From: Deferribacterales bacterium | GTDB lineage: Bacteria > Chrysiogenota > Deferribacteres > Deferribacterales > Geovibrionaceae | NCBI GenBank assembly: GCA_050253335.1 | Contig: JBFWJG010000003.1 | Location: 1-64,000 of the forward strand | DNA: 64,000 bases | Direction of reading: 5' to 3' | Part shown: piece after piece, positions 37,021 through 47,561 of the stretch | Layout: the number at the start of each line of letters is the position of its first letter | How positions within the stretch are numbered: position 1 is the first letter of the stretch | Translations under genes and position numbers: made by a program | Notes under the pieces: generated by a model | What the model was told of the DNA's origin: nothing | Seen by the model: the letters and a program-made list of their open reading frames with translations, nothing else | Databases searched by the model: none

Positions 37021-38377
37021 AATCCTTCACTTTTATAATGAATTTTGCTCCGCTGGAATAAGACTTGTCCAGTTCAATTCCGCCGCCCAGAATCTCCAGA
37101 ATCATCTCCGTGTATGTCAGCCCCAGACCTGTTCCGGTCGCCTTGGATGTGTAAAACGGCATAAAAATTTTGGACTGTTTCTCCGGCGGGATTCCGCAGC
37201 CGTTGTCGGAAATCTCAAACACCACTAACCCGTTTTCACTCCTGAAACCGAAGCTGACTTTTGTTGCCCCCGCCTCTGCGGAGTTGTGCACCATGCTGAT
37301 CAGTACCTGATACAGCTTTTCCGGATCGCTGACAAAGCTTATGTTCTGCCCTGCCTGAACCGATGCCGAGAGATTATCTTTAAACCTGCTTTTGACATAC
37401 TGCACAAGATAGGCTGTCACCGCATGGGCGGATGTTTCCTCAAACCTGATCTCCATGGGGCGGGACAGACTGAGAAAGTCGTTAAGGGTCGCCACTATCC
37501 TGTCCGACTCTTTACGCATAACTGCCAGATCCTCTGCCGACTGAGGATCGGAATGATTTTCCTTCAGACTCATGGAGAGCAGATTTATTGTCATGATCGG
37601 ATTTTTGAGCTCATGGGCGAGCCCAGCCGCCATAGTGCCCACGGTCGCAAGCCTTTCACTCCTTTTAAGCTGTTCGCTTTGAAGGTAAATCTCGTTCAGC
37701 GCATCCTTGAGCGTGCGTGACATGTTTCCCAGAGTTTCCGCAAGCGCCTTTATCTCTGTTGTCGCGTATTTATCGGTTTCGATCTTTTCCGGCAGGTTGT
37801 CGAGGGTGAATTTGTTTATTTCATCCGAAAGAGACTGGAGAGGTTTGGTAATGAAAACGGATATTTTCGTGGCAAAAACAAGACCGATTCCCAGAAGAAT
37901 CAGGAAAAAAAAGCAGGTTTCCACAAACTGAAGCGCAACTGCGCTGTTCACATAAGCGCTGTTCAGAACGTACACCACTTCGCCGATCACTTCGTTTTTC
38001 GCAAGCACCTTATACTCAAAATACCACCCCTCACGCATGGATTCATCCCATACGCCCTGTGTGAGAGCATCCACCACAAGGTGTCCGCCGCTGTCGAAAA
38101 GATAGACATTTTTTATGAATTCATGGGCATCCGTGGAGGCTTTCAGAAGTGAATACATATCATATATGTTGTCGTAAAGCATCGCTTCTGAGATATACGA
38201 TTCGATAACCTTGTGCTGGCTCGCCAGTGTGTTTTCAGCGCCTCTTCGTATGAACTGATACTGGAAGGAGGTCACCACGGCAAGTTCAAGTACCATAGCC
38301 GAAATCCCCAGGAAAACTATCAGCAGGAGAACCCGGTTTCTGAATGAATCGGGAATAAACCTAGCGGGAATGCGCAT
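36998..38377 (-). CDS. Sensor histidine kinase (ArrS/AioS-like)
   Basis: Two TM segments, HAMP, 'AHELKNP', 'DNGCGI', 'GTGLGL'. Confidence 0.9.
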   Translation of the reverse strand: MRIPARFIPDSFRNRVLLLIVFLGISAMVLELAVVTSFQYQFIRRGAENTLASQHKVIESYISEAMLYDNIYDMYSLLKASTDAHEFIKNVYLFDSGGHLVVDALTQGVWDESMREGWYFEYKVLAKNEVIGEVVYVLNSAYVNSAVALQFVETCFFFLILLGIGLVFATKISVFITKPLQSLSDEINKFTLDNLPEKIETDKYATTEIKALAETLGNMSRTLKDALNEIYLQSEQLKRSERLATVGTMAAGLAHELKNPIMTINLLSMSLKENHSDPQSAEDLAVMRKESDRIVATLNDFLSLSRPMEIRFEETSAHAVTAYLVQYVKSRFKDNLSASVQAGQNISFVSDPEKLYQVLISMVHNSAEAGATKVSFGFRSENGLVVFEISDNGCGIPPEKQSKIFMPFYTSKATGTGLGLTYTEMILEILGGGIELDKSYSSGAKFIIKVKDYEKNTDN

Positions 38378-39224
38378 CTAGGAACTTCTTCATTTCTATC
38401 ATGCTGTCGAGGCTGTGGCTGTCCGGCGGAATCAGCCTGTCAACAAGAATACCGCCGAGGATTTTCCGTCCGTCATCATCCTTGTGCATGTTTGTCAGGG
38501 CATTCTGCATTTTTTTAAAAAGCTTTTCGGACACTTTGCCGGAAGCTACTATCGGAGGAGCGAGAAACTCAGGGGAAACATCGATTATACGGATGTTCGC
38601 AACCTTTTCGGGATACTTTTCCCTGAAGTATTCGAATATCAGACTGTCAACCGCCGCACCCGCAACCACACCGCTGTTCACAAGAAATATGGATTTGTCG
38701 TGGTTGCCTGTGTAATAAACCTTGGAAAAATAACGTTCAGGTGTTTTTCCCGTATTTTTGGTAACAAGGTAGGTTGGATAAAGCGCCCCGCTGTTTGACA
38801 GGCTGTCTGTGAAGGCGAATGTCTGCCCTTTGAGTTCATCAACCGACTTTATTCCGGACTTTTCTGAAACTATTACATAGGAATTGTAAGAGGATTTGCC
38901 CCTGACAACAGGAATGGCAAGAACCTTATAGTCTTTTTCATTCAGGTCAAGAAGAGCGCCGGTGCAGACAGTGGCCACATCCACCTCGCCTTCCCTTATC
39001 ATTGTGTTCATTTTGGCGTAGCTGTCCTTCTGAAAGAAAGCAACCTTCATACTAAGCTTTTTACCGAGATAATCGCTGAGAGCGCTGTACTGGCTGTAGC
39101 TTTCCCCGGGGGAAATAACCGAAGCTACGCCGAAGCGTATGGTATCTTTCTCAAGCGCATGACCGGAAGAGGACAGAAATATCGATAAACAGAAAAGTAA
39201 TAAAAGACTAAAAGTGTTCTTCAT
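38361..39224 (-). CDS. Periplasmic phosphonate-binding-family protein (ArrT/AioX-like oxyanion sensor)
   Basis: Signal peptide; 'VATVCTG', 'FTDSLSNSG', 'HDKSI...GAAVDSLI'; operon with kinase and regulator. Confidence 0.85.
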   Translation of the reverse strand: MKNTFSLLLLFCLSIFLSSSGHALEKDTIRFGVASVISPGESYSQYSALSDYLGKKLSMKVAFFQKDSYAKMNTMIREGEVDVATVCTGALLDLNEKDYKVLAIPVVRGKSSYNSYVIVSEKSGIKSVDELKGQTFAFTDSLSNSGALYPTYLVTKNTGKTPERYFSKVYYTGNHDKSIFLVNSGVVAGAAVDSLIFEYFREKYPEKVANIRIIDVSPEFLAPPIVASGKVSEKLFKKMQNALTNMHKDDDGRKILGGILVDRLIPPDSHSLDSMIEMKKFLDAHSR

Positions 39225-39344
39225 CAGTTTTTCTCCTACTCTGGGTATTGGAGGTAAAAACATTTAAGATGTATGGAGGCTCCAGACTCATTATGATATG
39301 CATAAAAATAAGAGAATTGAAAGAATAAATTAATCTGATAATTC

Positions 39345-39372
39345 TGCAGCCGGAAACAATATTCCGGCTGCA
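39345..39372. terminator. Hairpin downstream of arsC
   Basis: TGCAGCCGGAA-N6-TTCCGGCTGCA. Confidence 0.55.
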
Positions 39373-39380
39373 CAAGCCTC

Positions 39381-39809
39381 TCATGCTGTTTTAAGCCAAT
39401 CCTCAAGCTTTGCTCTTATCATATCCCTTACTTCTCTCGCAGCCTGAAGCTTCTCATCATGTCCGCCTTCCGCCGCGGATGGATCGGGGAATGTCCAGTG
39501 AATCCTTCTGACTTCCACGCCGGGGAAAAGCGGGCACTTTTCCGCGGCTTCCGCGTCGCAGACAGTGATGATATAGCTGAATACCTTGCCCGCCTTGAAA
39601 AAATCGAAAACACTGTCCACACTGTTTCCTGAAATATCAATACCTGCTTCCTTCATAGCCTCCACCGCAAACGGGTTAAGCGTTCCCGGGGTCAGTCCGG
39701 CACTTTCCGCTGTAAATCTGTCAGGGGCGATACTGTTGAGCAGGGCTTCCGCCATCTGGCTCCTTGCACTGTTATGCACGCATACAAAAAGAACTTTTCT
39801 TCTGGACAT
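39381..39809 (-). CDS. arsC: Arsenate reductase, LMW-PTP/thioredoxin type
   Basis: '[15 protein letters not shown]', 'TVCD...CP', 'HWTFPDP'. Confidence 0.88.
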   Translation of the reverse strand: MSRRKVLFVCVHNSARSQMAEALLNSIAPDRFTAESAGLTPGTLNPFAVEAMKEAGIDISGNSVDSVFDFFKAGKVFSYIITVCDAEAAEKCPLFPGVEVRRIHWTFPDPSAAEGGHDEKLQAAREVRDMIRAKLEDWLKTA

Positions 39810-39857
39810 GATTCCTCCGAAATCTGACTTATTTTTGACTTGCATTTCCGCTGCTTC

Positions 39858-39877
39858 ATTTCTATAAATATAGAAAT
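39858..39877. promoter_or_regulatory. Inverted repeat between divergent arsC and arsM, candidate ArsR-type operator
   Basis: ATTTCTATA-AA-TATAGAAAT. Confidence 0.5.
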
Positions 39878-39928
39878 AAGAAATTCTCATGAAGAATACA
39901 AATAAATGTCAGAAGTTTCGGAGGCAGC

Positions 39929-40729
39929 ATGAGCCAAAGCGGTAAAGATGGAATAAGAGCAGCAGTGAGAAATAATTACAGAAAATTCGCCGTAGCGGAG
40001 CCGGCCGGATGCGGATGCGAAACTGAATCATGCTGCGGCAGCGGAAAAGCAGCGGACGCAGAATCAATTTCCGTTGTACTCGGCTACTCCGCCGAGGAGC
40101 TGGCATCCATCCCGAAAAGCGCCAATCTCGGTCTGGGCTGCGGCAACCCCATAGCAGAGGCGGAGCTTAAAATCGGGGAAACCGTTCTGGATCTCGGCAG
40201 CGGCGGCGGGATTGACTGCTTCCTCGCCTCCAGAGCAGTGGGCGCGGACGGACAGGTGATAGGCGTGGACATGACACCTGAAATGATAAGCAAGGCACGC
40301 AAAACCGCCGAAGAGAGCGGATTCGGCAATGTTGATTTCCGTCTGGGCGAGATTGAAAACCTCCCCGCAGGAGACTCCACAGTTGATGTGATAATCTCCA
40401 ACTGCGTAATAAACCTCTCCCCTGATAAGGAAAAAGTGTTCAGGGAATGCTTCCGTGTTCTGAAAAAAGGCGGAAGAATCGCCGTTTCGGACATAGTGGC
40501 AACTGCCGAACTGCCTGATGAGGTTAAAAATAATCTTGCGATGTACACAGGCTGCATGGCAGGGGCATCACACATCAAAACACTTGAGGAAATGATGCTC
40601 AGAAGCGGTTTCAGCGAAGTAAGCATAACGCCTAAGGATGAAAGCCGTGAGTTTATCTCTGAGTGGTCACCGGGGAGCAGCATTGAAGACTATGTGGTAT
40701 CCGCAGTGATTAAAGCCGTTAAACAATAA
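39929..40729 (+). CDS. arsM: Arsenite S-adenosylmethionine methyltransferase
   Basis: 'NLGLGCGNP', '[12 protein letters not shown]', 'IISNCVINL', 'YTGCMAGA', N-terminal 'SCCG'. Confidence 0.93.
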   Translation: MSQSGKDGIRAAVRNNYRKFAVAEPAGCGCETESCCGSGKAADAESISVVLGYSAEELASIPKSANLGLGCGNPIAEAELKIGETVLDLGSGGGIDCFLASRAVGADGQVIGVDMTPEMISKARKTAEESGFGNVDFRLGEIENLPAGDSTVDVIISNCVINLSPDKEKVFRECFRVLKKGGRIAVSDIVATAELPDEVKNNLAMYTGCMAGASHIKTLEEMMLRSGFSEVSITPKDESREFISEWSPGSSIEDYVVSAVIKAVKQ

Positions 40730-40739
40730 GGAGAAACAG

Positions 40740-41924
40740 ATGAACAACGTAAACTGCGCCGATGAACGCAGAATGACAAGCATATTTGAAAAATACCTTA
40801 CCCTCTGGGTCGCTCTCTGCATAATCGGCGGCATAGCCCTCGGGAAGATCGCCCCGAATCTGGCAAAAACTCTGGACGGGATGTCGATCAATGTTAACGG
40901 CACTCCGGTGGTGTCACTGCCTATCGCTGTCTGCCTTTTCTTCATGATGTATCCCATAATGGTTAAGATAGACTTTGAAAAGGTAGTCAGAGCGGGCAGA
41001 AGCGGCAGACCGGTGTTTCTCACCCTTTTCATAAACTGGTGCGTCAAACCCTTCACAATGTACGCAATAGCCCTTGTGTTTCTCGGCTTTCTGTTCAGGG
41101 GGTTCATAGGTGCTGAGGCGGTGGATCTGGTTAAAATGCCATTCGGGCTTGATCTTCCAGTGGGAAGTGTTCACGGCGCGGGCACTGTGGTTCTTGCTGA
41201 CGGAGTAAAAATGCTTGAGATACCCCTCTGGCGGAGCTATTTCGCGGGGTGCATCCTTCTGGGCATCGCCCCCTGCACGGCTATGGTTCTGGTGTGGGGA
41301 TACCTTTCAAGGGGAAATGACGGGCTCACTCTTGTGATGGTGGCGATAAATTCTCTCACAATGCTTGTGCTTTACGGAGTTCTCGGCGGGTTCCTCCTCG
41401 GCGTGGGCAAGCTTCCCGTTCCGTGGCAGGCGCTTCTGCTTTCAGTCGGTGTTTATGTGGCACTGCCTCTTGTCGCCGGCTATTTCTCCAGAAAGCTTAT
41501 AATCAGCGCAAAAGGCGAGGAATGGTTCAGGGAAAAGTTTCTACACCTGCTCACTCCTGTAACAATAGGCGCACTTCTTCTCACCCTTGTTCTGCTTTTC
41601 AGCTTCAAGGGGGAGGTAATACTCGCCAACCCTCTGACGATTCTGTGGATTTCGGTTCCGCTGTTCATTCAGACAGTTTTTATCTTCGCCATTGGCTACG
41701 CCGGAGCGAAGATACTCAGGCTTAAATATGAAGATGCGGCTCCGGCCGCGATGATAGGCGCATCAAACCATTTCGAGGTTGCAATCGCCACTGCGGTGAT
41801 GCTGTTCGGGCTCTCTTCCGGCGCGGCTCTTGCCACTGTTGTCGGGGTGCTTATCGAGGTTCCGGTTATGCTTATGCTGGTCGGCATATGCAAACGGACT
41901 GAAAAATGGTTTGAAACAGCCTGA
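40740..41924 (+). CDS. acr3: ACR3-family arsenite efflux pump
   Basis: '[12 protein letters not shown]', '[10 protein letters not shown]', '[10 protein letters not shown]', 'SNHFEVAIA', 'VLIEVPVML'. Confidence 0.95.
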   Translation: MNNVNCADERRMTSIFEKYLTLWVALCIIGGIALGKIAPNLAKTLDGMSINVNGTPVVSLPIAVCLFFMMYPIMVKIDFEKVVRAGRSGRPVFLTLFINWCVKPFTMYAIALVFLGFLFRGFIGAEAVDLVKMPFGLDLPVGSVHGAGTVVLADGVKMLEIPLWRSYFAGCILLGIAPCTAMVLVWGYLSRGNDGLTLVMVAINSLTMLVLYGVLGGFLLGVGKLPVPWQALLLSVGVYVALPLVAGYFSRKLIISAKGEEWFREKFLHLLTPVTIGALLLTLVLLFSFKGEVILANPLTILWISVPLFIQTVFIFAIGYAGAKILRLKYEDAAPAAMIGASNHFEVAIATAVMLFGLSSGAALATVVGVLIEVPVMLMLVGICKRTEKWFETA

Positions 41925-41935
41925 CAACATCCTCT

Positions 41936-41959
41936 GCCCCGCATTCTGCGGGGCGTTTT
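41936..41959 (+). terminator. Intrinsic terminator after acr3
   Basis: GCCCCGCA-TTC-TGCGGGGC-GTTTT. Confidence 0.7.
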
Positions 41960-42261
41960 ATATATCATCCGTCAGTCCGCTCAGCTTACGGAATATTATT
42001 TCTTCATCGGTTCATCCGCAATCCGCTTATATATAAAACACGGTTTTTCCAGTTTTAAAAACAGCTCAGATTTTTATTATGAAATTAAAGCAGTTTTTGA
42101 CAGAAAAAATGAATGGTTCGTCATTATAAATTGTCATAATAATCACTATAGCAGAAATAAAACACGATACCACGGAGGCAGGCGGCTGAGATAAATAAAC
42201 CTGTTGAAATTACAGGGAAAAAAGCACTAAATTTGATTGTGACTAATAACCGGGGTGACTG

Positions 42262-43110
42262 ATGAGTAAAATCTTAGATAAAAAACTGCTCTCAAGGGAT
42301 GTGGTGCGGATGAAGCTTCATGCACCGGAAATAGCCGCCGAAAGACAGGCGGGACAGTTCATAATAGTGCAGGCCGATTCCGATTTCAGTGAGCGCATTC
42401 CCCTCACCATAGCTGACGCTGATGCGGAAGAAGGAAGCATTACCATAATATTTCAGATTGTCGGCAAGTCCACTCTCAAGCTTGCTCAGAAAAATGCCGG
42501 AGACCATGTCGAAAACCTGCTGGGGCCTCTGGGCAAGCCGACGCACATAGAAAAGGTCGGCACGGTTGTCTGTGTCGGCGGGGGAATAGGCGTTGCGCCG
42601 CTCCACCCCATTGCTCAGGCGATGAAAAAAGCGGGGAACAGAGTGATCACCATTATCGGCGCGCGGAACAAAGAACTGCTCATCCTTGAAGACGAGATGC
42701 GCGCCATAGCCGATGAATTCATAGTCTGTACTGATGACGGCTCATACGGCCGCAAGTGTCTTGTGACCCAGCCTCTCAGAGAGATATGCGAAAAAGGCGG
42801 CGTTGACCTTGCCGTGGCCATAGGCCCTGCGGTCATGATGAAATTCTGCGCCGAGACCACCCGCCCCTTCGGCGTGCTCACATACGCATCCCTCAACACA
42901 ATCATGGTGGACGGCACAGGCATGTGCGGCGGATGCAGGGTAACTGTCGGCAATGAAACCAAGTTCGTCTGTGTTGACGGGCCCGAATTCGACGCCCATC
43001 TGGTGGACTTTGACAACATGATGCTGCGTCTGCGCTCCTACAAACCGCAGGAACAGGACGCAAACCACGAATGCCGCCTTCAGACCGCCATAGATGAACT
43101 TTCGAGGTGA
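42262..43110 (+). CDS. nfnA: NfnA/SudB-like FAD/NAD-binding [2Fe-2S] subunit
   Basis: 'GQFII', 'ERIPLTIAD', 'VGGGIGVAP', 'MVDGTGMCGGCRV', 'CVDGPEF'. Confidence 0.88.
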   Translation: MSKILDKKLLSRDVVRMKLHAPEIAAERQAGQFIIVQADSDFSERIPLTIADADAEEGSITIIFQIVGKSTLKLAQKNAGDHVENLLGPLGKPTHIEKVGTVVCVGGGIGVAPLHPIAQAMKKAGNRVITIIGARNKELLILEDEMRAIADEFIVCTDDGSYGRKCLVTQPLREICEKGGVDLAVAIGPAVMMKFCAETTRPFGVLTYASLNTIMVDGTGMCGGCRVTVGNETKFVCVDGPEFDAHLVDFDNMMLRLRSYKPQEQDANHECRLQTAIDELSR

Positions 43111-43113
43111 CAT

Positions 43114-44601
43114 ATGTCATACATTCCCGCTGACACTTTAAGAAAAGAAGCTGAAAAACTCGTAAATGAAATAGATTTCCCGAACCTTAAACCCAAGGAC
43201 AGGCTGAAAATCCCCATGCAGGAGATGCCCGCTCAGGAGCCGAAAGCCCGCGCGAAGAACATTCAGGAAGTGGCAATAGGCTATTTTGAGGAGCAGGTAA
43301 AGCTTGAGGCGGAGCGCTGTCTGCAATGCAGAAACGCCCCCTGCATAAAAGGCTGCCCTGTTGCGATAGATATTCCCGGCTTTATCAAAGCGGCGGCGGA
43401 AGGGGACTATCAGAAATCGGTAAACATTATAAAACAGTCCAGTATGCTCCCCGCCATATGCGGAAGGGTCTGCCCTCAGGAAACACAGTGCATGGCGGAA
43501 TGCACCGTGGGAAAATCCCTGAAAGATATGGACAAATCAGTCGCCATCGGCCGTATTGAGCGCTTCGTGGCGGACTGGGAAAGGGCAAAGGGAAAAATGT
43601 CCGTACCTGAAATTGCCCCGTCCACCGGAAAAAAGGTAGGTATAGTCGGCTCCGGACCCGCAGGGCTGACTGCGGCGGCGGACGTTCGCAAGGCAGGGCA
43701 CGAAGTGGTGCTTTTTGAGGCCTTCCACAAGCTGGGCGGCGTTATGATATACGGCATACCAGAGTTCCGTCTGCCGAAGGAAATACTTGATAAAGAGATA
43801 GATAACCTTCTCTCCATGGGTGTCCGGATCAAAAAGAACTTCCTTGTGGGCAGAACAAGAAAGGTTAAGGATTTAATAGAGAAAGACGGCTTTGATGCCC
43901 TTTTCATCGGAACAGGCGCAGGCCTGCCCAATTTTATGAACATAGAGGGTGAAAACCTTGTGGGTGTTTCCTCCGCGAACGAGTTTCTCACAAGGGCAAA
44001 CCTTATGAAGGCATACAGCCCCGATAAGGCGGACACGCCCATCTTCACCGGAAAAAGAACAGCGGTCATAGGCGGCGGCAACGTGGCTATGGACGCAGCC
44101 AGAATGGCTCTGCGTGTGGGTGCGGAAGAGGTTTACGTAATCTACAGACGTACCGAAAAAGAGATGCCCGCCCGCCGTGAGGAGGTCGCCCACGCCAAGG
44201 AAGAAGGGATAATATTCAACTTTCTTTCAAACCCCGTCCGCATCATCGGCGATGAAACAGGGAAGGTAAAAGCCGTTGAGTGCCTGAGATATGAACTTGG
44301 CGAGCCGGATGATTCCGGAAGAAGAAAACCTGTCGCTGTCAAGGGAAGCGAATTCATCCTTGAGATGGATTCCGTGATAATGGCTCTCGGCAACTCATCC
44401 AACCCGCTTATAAGCCAGACCGCGCCGGAGATAGGGGTGAACAGGTGGGGCAACATCACTGTGGATGAAGACGGCAAAACCTCCATGGAGAGGGTTTACG
44501 CAGGCGGGGACATAGTTCTCGGCGCGGCTACTGTCATCCTTGCCATGGGCGAAGGGAGACGCGCCGCCGCCTCAATAAACAGGCTTCTTGCAGAAAAATA
44601 G
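43114..44601 (+). CDS. nfnB: NfnB/SudA-like (GltD-homologous) NADPH-dependent large subunit
   Basis: 'RCLQC..APCIKGCPV', 'CGRVCPQE.QC', 'GSGPAG', 'GGGNVAMD', 'GAATVILAMG'; pairs with nfnA. Confidence 0.88.
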   Translation: MSYIPADTLRKEAEKLVNEIDFPNLKPKDRLKIPMQEMPAQEPKARAKNIQEVAIGYFEEQVKLEAERCLQCRNAPCIKGCPVAIDIPGFIKAAAEGDYQKSVNIIKQSSMLPAICGRVCPQETQCMAECTVGKSLKDMDKSVAIGRIERFVADWERAKGKMSVPEIAPSTGKKVGIVGSGPAGLTAAADVRKAGHEVVLFEAFHKLGGVMIYGIPEFRLPKEILDKEIDNLLSMGVRIKKNFLVGRTRKVKDLIEKDGFDALFIGTGAGLPNFMNIEGENLVGVSSANEFLTRANLMKAYSPDKADTPIFTGKRTAVIGGGNVAMDAARMALRVGAEEVYVIYRRTEKEMPARREEVAHAKEEGIIFNFLSNPVRIIGDETGKVKAVECLRYELGEPDDSGRRKPVAVKGSEFILEMDSVIMALGNSSNPLISQTAPEIGVNRWGNITVDEDGKTSMERVYAGGDIVLGAATVILAMGEGRRAAASINRLLAEK

Positions 44602-44734
44602 TTCTCAGTTCCCCTGCCGCTATATTTTAGGCGGGGGACTTTTTCTGTTTCTCATGTACAATTAGTTACAATTTGTTTCTCCACAGCAACCTCATTTTTT
44701 ACTTTATAATTATATTGGGTTTCAGGAGGAAGCT

Positions 44735-44821
44735 ATGAAGCCCGGTGATATTCTCTTGTTTGTTACAACAGTTATTTTCATAGCGGTTATGACTGTTGCA
44801 CTGATTTCAGTCTTTTATTGA
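44735..44821 (+). CDS. 28-aa hydrophobic small protein upstream of the two-component system
   Basis: AGGAGG RBS at 44724-44729; MKPGDILLFVTTVIFIAVMTVALISVFY*; stop 10 nt before the regulator ATG. Confidence 0.6.
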   Translation: MKPGDILLFVTTVIFIAVMTVALISVFY

Positions 44822-44831
44822 GAGGAACTGT

Positions 44832-45536
44832 ATGCAGACAAAATTAATGATTATAGATGACGACCTCAAGCTGATTAAAATGCTCAATAAATATCTCTCT
44901 GAATATTCGTTTATCATTGATTCATTCGATAATCCTGAAACTGCTCTTGAAAAGTTTCAGGAATGCTCCCCGAATCTCGTAATTCTGGATATAATGATGC
45001 CTAAAATAAACGGTTTTGAGCTTTGCAAGCGCATAAGAAAATTCTCTAATGTCCCCATAATAATGCTGAGCGCGCGTAGAGAGGTGGAGGACAGGATAGT
45101 CGGGCTTGAAATAGGCGCTGATGATTATCTGCCCAAGCCATTTGAACCCAGAGAGCTGGTGGCGAGGATTCAGGCGGTGATAAAACGAAGAGAACCGATG
45201 CCAGCAGGAGAAAGAAAAACCCCGCAGTACAGCTTCGGAAGACTCATCGTTGAGCCGTCTAAATATACCGCAACGCTTGACGGCGTCAGACTGGATCTTA
45301 CAACAAGCGAATTCGGTGTTTTGTATCTTTTTGTCAGAAATCCCTTCGTCACGCTGGACAGAGATAAAATACTCAACGAACTCAAAGGAATAGACTGTGA
45401 CGCCTTTAACCGCACAGTGGATGTAACGGTGAGTCGCCTCCGAAATAAACTCAAAGATGATCCTAAAGAACCTCAATATATAAAAACAGTATGGGGAACG
45501 GGCTACATGTTCATAGGAACAAACAACCATGATTAA
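44832..45536 (+). CDS. OmpR/PhoB-family response regulator
   Basis: 'LDIMMP', 'GADDYLPKPF', 'RTVDVTVSRLRNKL', 'IKTVWGTGY'. Confidence 0.95.
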   Translation: MQTKLMIIDDDLKLIKMLNKYLSEYSFIIDSFDNPETALEKFQECSPNLVILDIMMPKINGFELCKRIRKFSNVPIIMLSARREVEDRIVGLEIGADDYLPKPFEPRELVARIQAVIKRREPMPAGERKTPQYSFGRLIVEPSKYTATLDGVRLDLTTSEFGVLYLFVRNPFVTLDRDKILNELKGIDCDAFNRTVDVTVSRLRNKLKDDPKEPQYIKTVWGTGYMFIGTNNHD

Positions 45537-46824
45537 AAAGCTTCTCAGTTCAGTTTTTACCAAGCTTTTGTTCATTGTTATCTGCTCTGCTGTGTTGCTT
45601 AATATAATTCTATTCGGAATCTTCACCCATTATGTGGAAAACTCGGAAACGAGCCTCAACAGACACAGAGTTATTTATATCCGGTTTCTTCGTGATGAAA
45701 TAGGTTATCCGCCTGACATGAAGAAGGCAGAAGCTTTGTCCGCAAAAACAGGAGTAACAGTGATCTACTCATCATTGAAGGAAAGCTGGATAACAGGAAG
45801 AACAGAAGGAAGATTCCCTGAGAATAAACTGCACTACAGAAAAATCGATGAAAACCTCACCCTAGGGACACTTCACGGGTATCATTCCGCTGAAATTACA
45901 GAAGGCGATTCGAGTATTAAGTTTAGATTCTGGCCAATGACCGGAGAGATGGAGCGCCTCAGAATGTACGGGTGGTTCATGATCGGAGCAGTCTCGCTGC
46001 TTATGGGAGCAGTATACATGCTTATAAGGCATACCCTAAACCCCATCAACTCTCTCTCCGCAGCAATAGCAGAGGTTAAGAAGGAAAACTATGACTATAA
46101 AATAAACAGGTGCGGCAGCGATGAGTTGGCACACCTCTGCAATATGTTTGACTCCCTGACATCTGAAATTTCCCGCTCAATCAAATATAAAAATAAACTG
46201 CTTACAGGCATAAGCCACGAATTGCGCACTCCTCTGACAAGCCTACGCATCGCCGCTGAAATGGTTAAGGATGAATTCCTGCGTAAAGACATGACTGACG
46301 ATATAAAACAGATGGACACACTGATAGATTATCTCATGGAAGGAGCGAGAATAAAGTACGGGGCACTAAAGAAGAAGTATACTGATATTAATAAACTGAC
46401 CGGTGAAATATGTAATCCATATAAAGAAAAAAACGGAAGAGTTGTTTTTGTTCCGCACCCTTATCCCATTGAACTGAACGTTGACACGAAAGCTGTTGAG
46501 CACGCCGTCAGAAACCTTATAGACAACGCTCTAAAATATTCTGAAGAAAACTGCGAGCCTGTTACGGTGGAAAGCGGAGTAATGAACGGGTTCACCTTTA
46601 TAAAAGTCACAGATAAAGGAATAGGCATACCTGAAGATGAACTTAAATTCATAACCGAACCCTTTTACAGAACAGACATCTCCAGAAACAAAAAAACAGG
46701 AGGCTACGGTATCGGGCTTGACATATGCAAACAGATAGCCGAGGCACACGGCGGAAAGCTTGAGATCAAGAGCGTCCTGTATAAAGAAACAGAGGCCTGC
46801 CTTTATTTTCCGGTCGAACAGTAA
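45529..46824 (+). CDS. HAMP sensor histidine kinase
   Basis: 'ISHELRTPL', 'NLIDNALKYS', 'DKGIGI', 'GGYGIGL'. Confidence 0.95.
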   Translation: MIKKLLSSVFTKLLFIVICSAVLLNIILFGIFTHYVENSETSLNRHRVIYIRFLRDEIGYPPDMKKAEALSAKTGVTVIYSSLKESWITGRTEGRFPENKLHYRKIDENLTLGTLHGYHSAEITEGDSSIKFRFWPMTGEMERLRMYGWFMIGAVSLLMGAVYMLIRHTLNPINSLSAAIAEVKKENYDYKINRCGSDELAHLCNMFDSLTSEISRSIKYKNKLLTGISHELRTPLTSLRIAAEMVKDEFLRKDMTDDIKQMDTLIDYLMEGARIKYGALKKKYTDINKLTGEICNPYKEKNGRVVFVPHPYPIELNVDTKAVEHAVRNLIDNALKYSEENCEPVTVESGVMNGFTFIKVTDKGIGIPEDELKFITEPFYRTDISRNKKTGGYGIGLDICKQIAEAHGGKLEIKSVLYKETEACLYFPVEQ

Positions 46825-46915
46825 GAAAATACACTTTGTTACAAATCTAGATAAATCTGAAAAGCATTCCTCAACCTGAATCATTATTGTAATAAAAACA
46901 GAGAGGAGGCCGATT

Positions 46916-47275
46916 ATGGATAAAGAAAAAGTTATAGAGGCATTTAAGCTTACATGGGAAGAGTACCCCAGTCCTGTTATGCTTCTGAGCAGAAAGCACG
47001 ATATACTGGCTCTGAATAAGGCCGGCGAGCAGAACGGAATACCGACAGGAATAAAATGCCACAGTCTGGGAGATTCATCTTCTCATGCAAAATACTGCAA
47101 AGCAGCAGCAGCTCTCAAATCACGAAAGGCAGTGAGACACGTTTGTTATATTGAAGAAAGAGGAATTGTTTATGACGGCTTCTGGCTCCCTGTAGGGGAA
47201 GATTTCCTAATCCATTTCGGCAATGACATAACTGAATACGCCAAAGAAGAGATGTTAACAAAACCAGCCGAATAA
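46916..47275 (+). CDS. Small PAS-like protein
   Basis: GGAGG RBS; 'PSPVMLL...ILALNKAG', 'GIKCH'. Confidence 0.65.
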   Translation: MDKEKVIEAFKLTWEEYPSPVMLLSRKHDILALNKAGEQNGIPTGIKCHSLGDSSSHAKYCKAAAALKSRKAVRHVCYIEERGIVYDGFWLPVGEDFLIHFGNDITEYAKEEMLTKPAE

Positions 47276-47279
47276 ACTT

Positions 47280-47402
47280 AAAAAGCCGCTCCGGCAAGAA
47301 CCGGAGCTGCTTCATGTATTCTTTAAGCGGCGGCAACCTGTGCCGTGCATCATCTCCTTTCAAAGTTTTTTTGAACGGCGCCGCCGCTTATGAGCAGGTT
47401 AT
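47280..47402 (-). ncRNA. Candidate small RNA (promoter, GC hairpin, terminator)
   Basis: Minus-strand TTGCGG-N16-TATACT (47436-47409), AAGCGGCGGC/GCCGCCGCTT stem, terminator GCTCCGG-N6-CCGGAGC followed by a T-run. Confidence 0.35.
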
Positions 47403-47561
47403 AATTAAAGTATAAGGCATAGTCCTGAGTCCGCAACTCAAAGTTCGCAATATCCGCAAAAAATTATCTACTGAGATACAAACTCATTGATGAAACAATA
47501 TAAAAAAACCCGCCTTTTCAGGCGGGCTGTGTGTTTTTTCAATATATTGCCCTGATCAGCG

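Noticed and set aside
43114..44601. Glutamate synthase small subunit gltD
   Set aside because: No gltB nearby; paired with an NfnA/SudB-type gene
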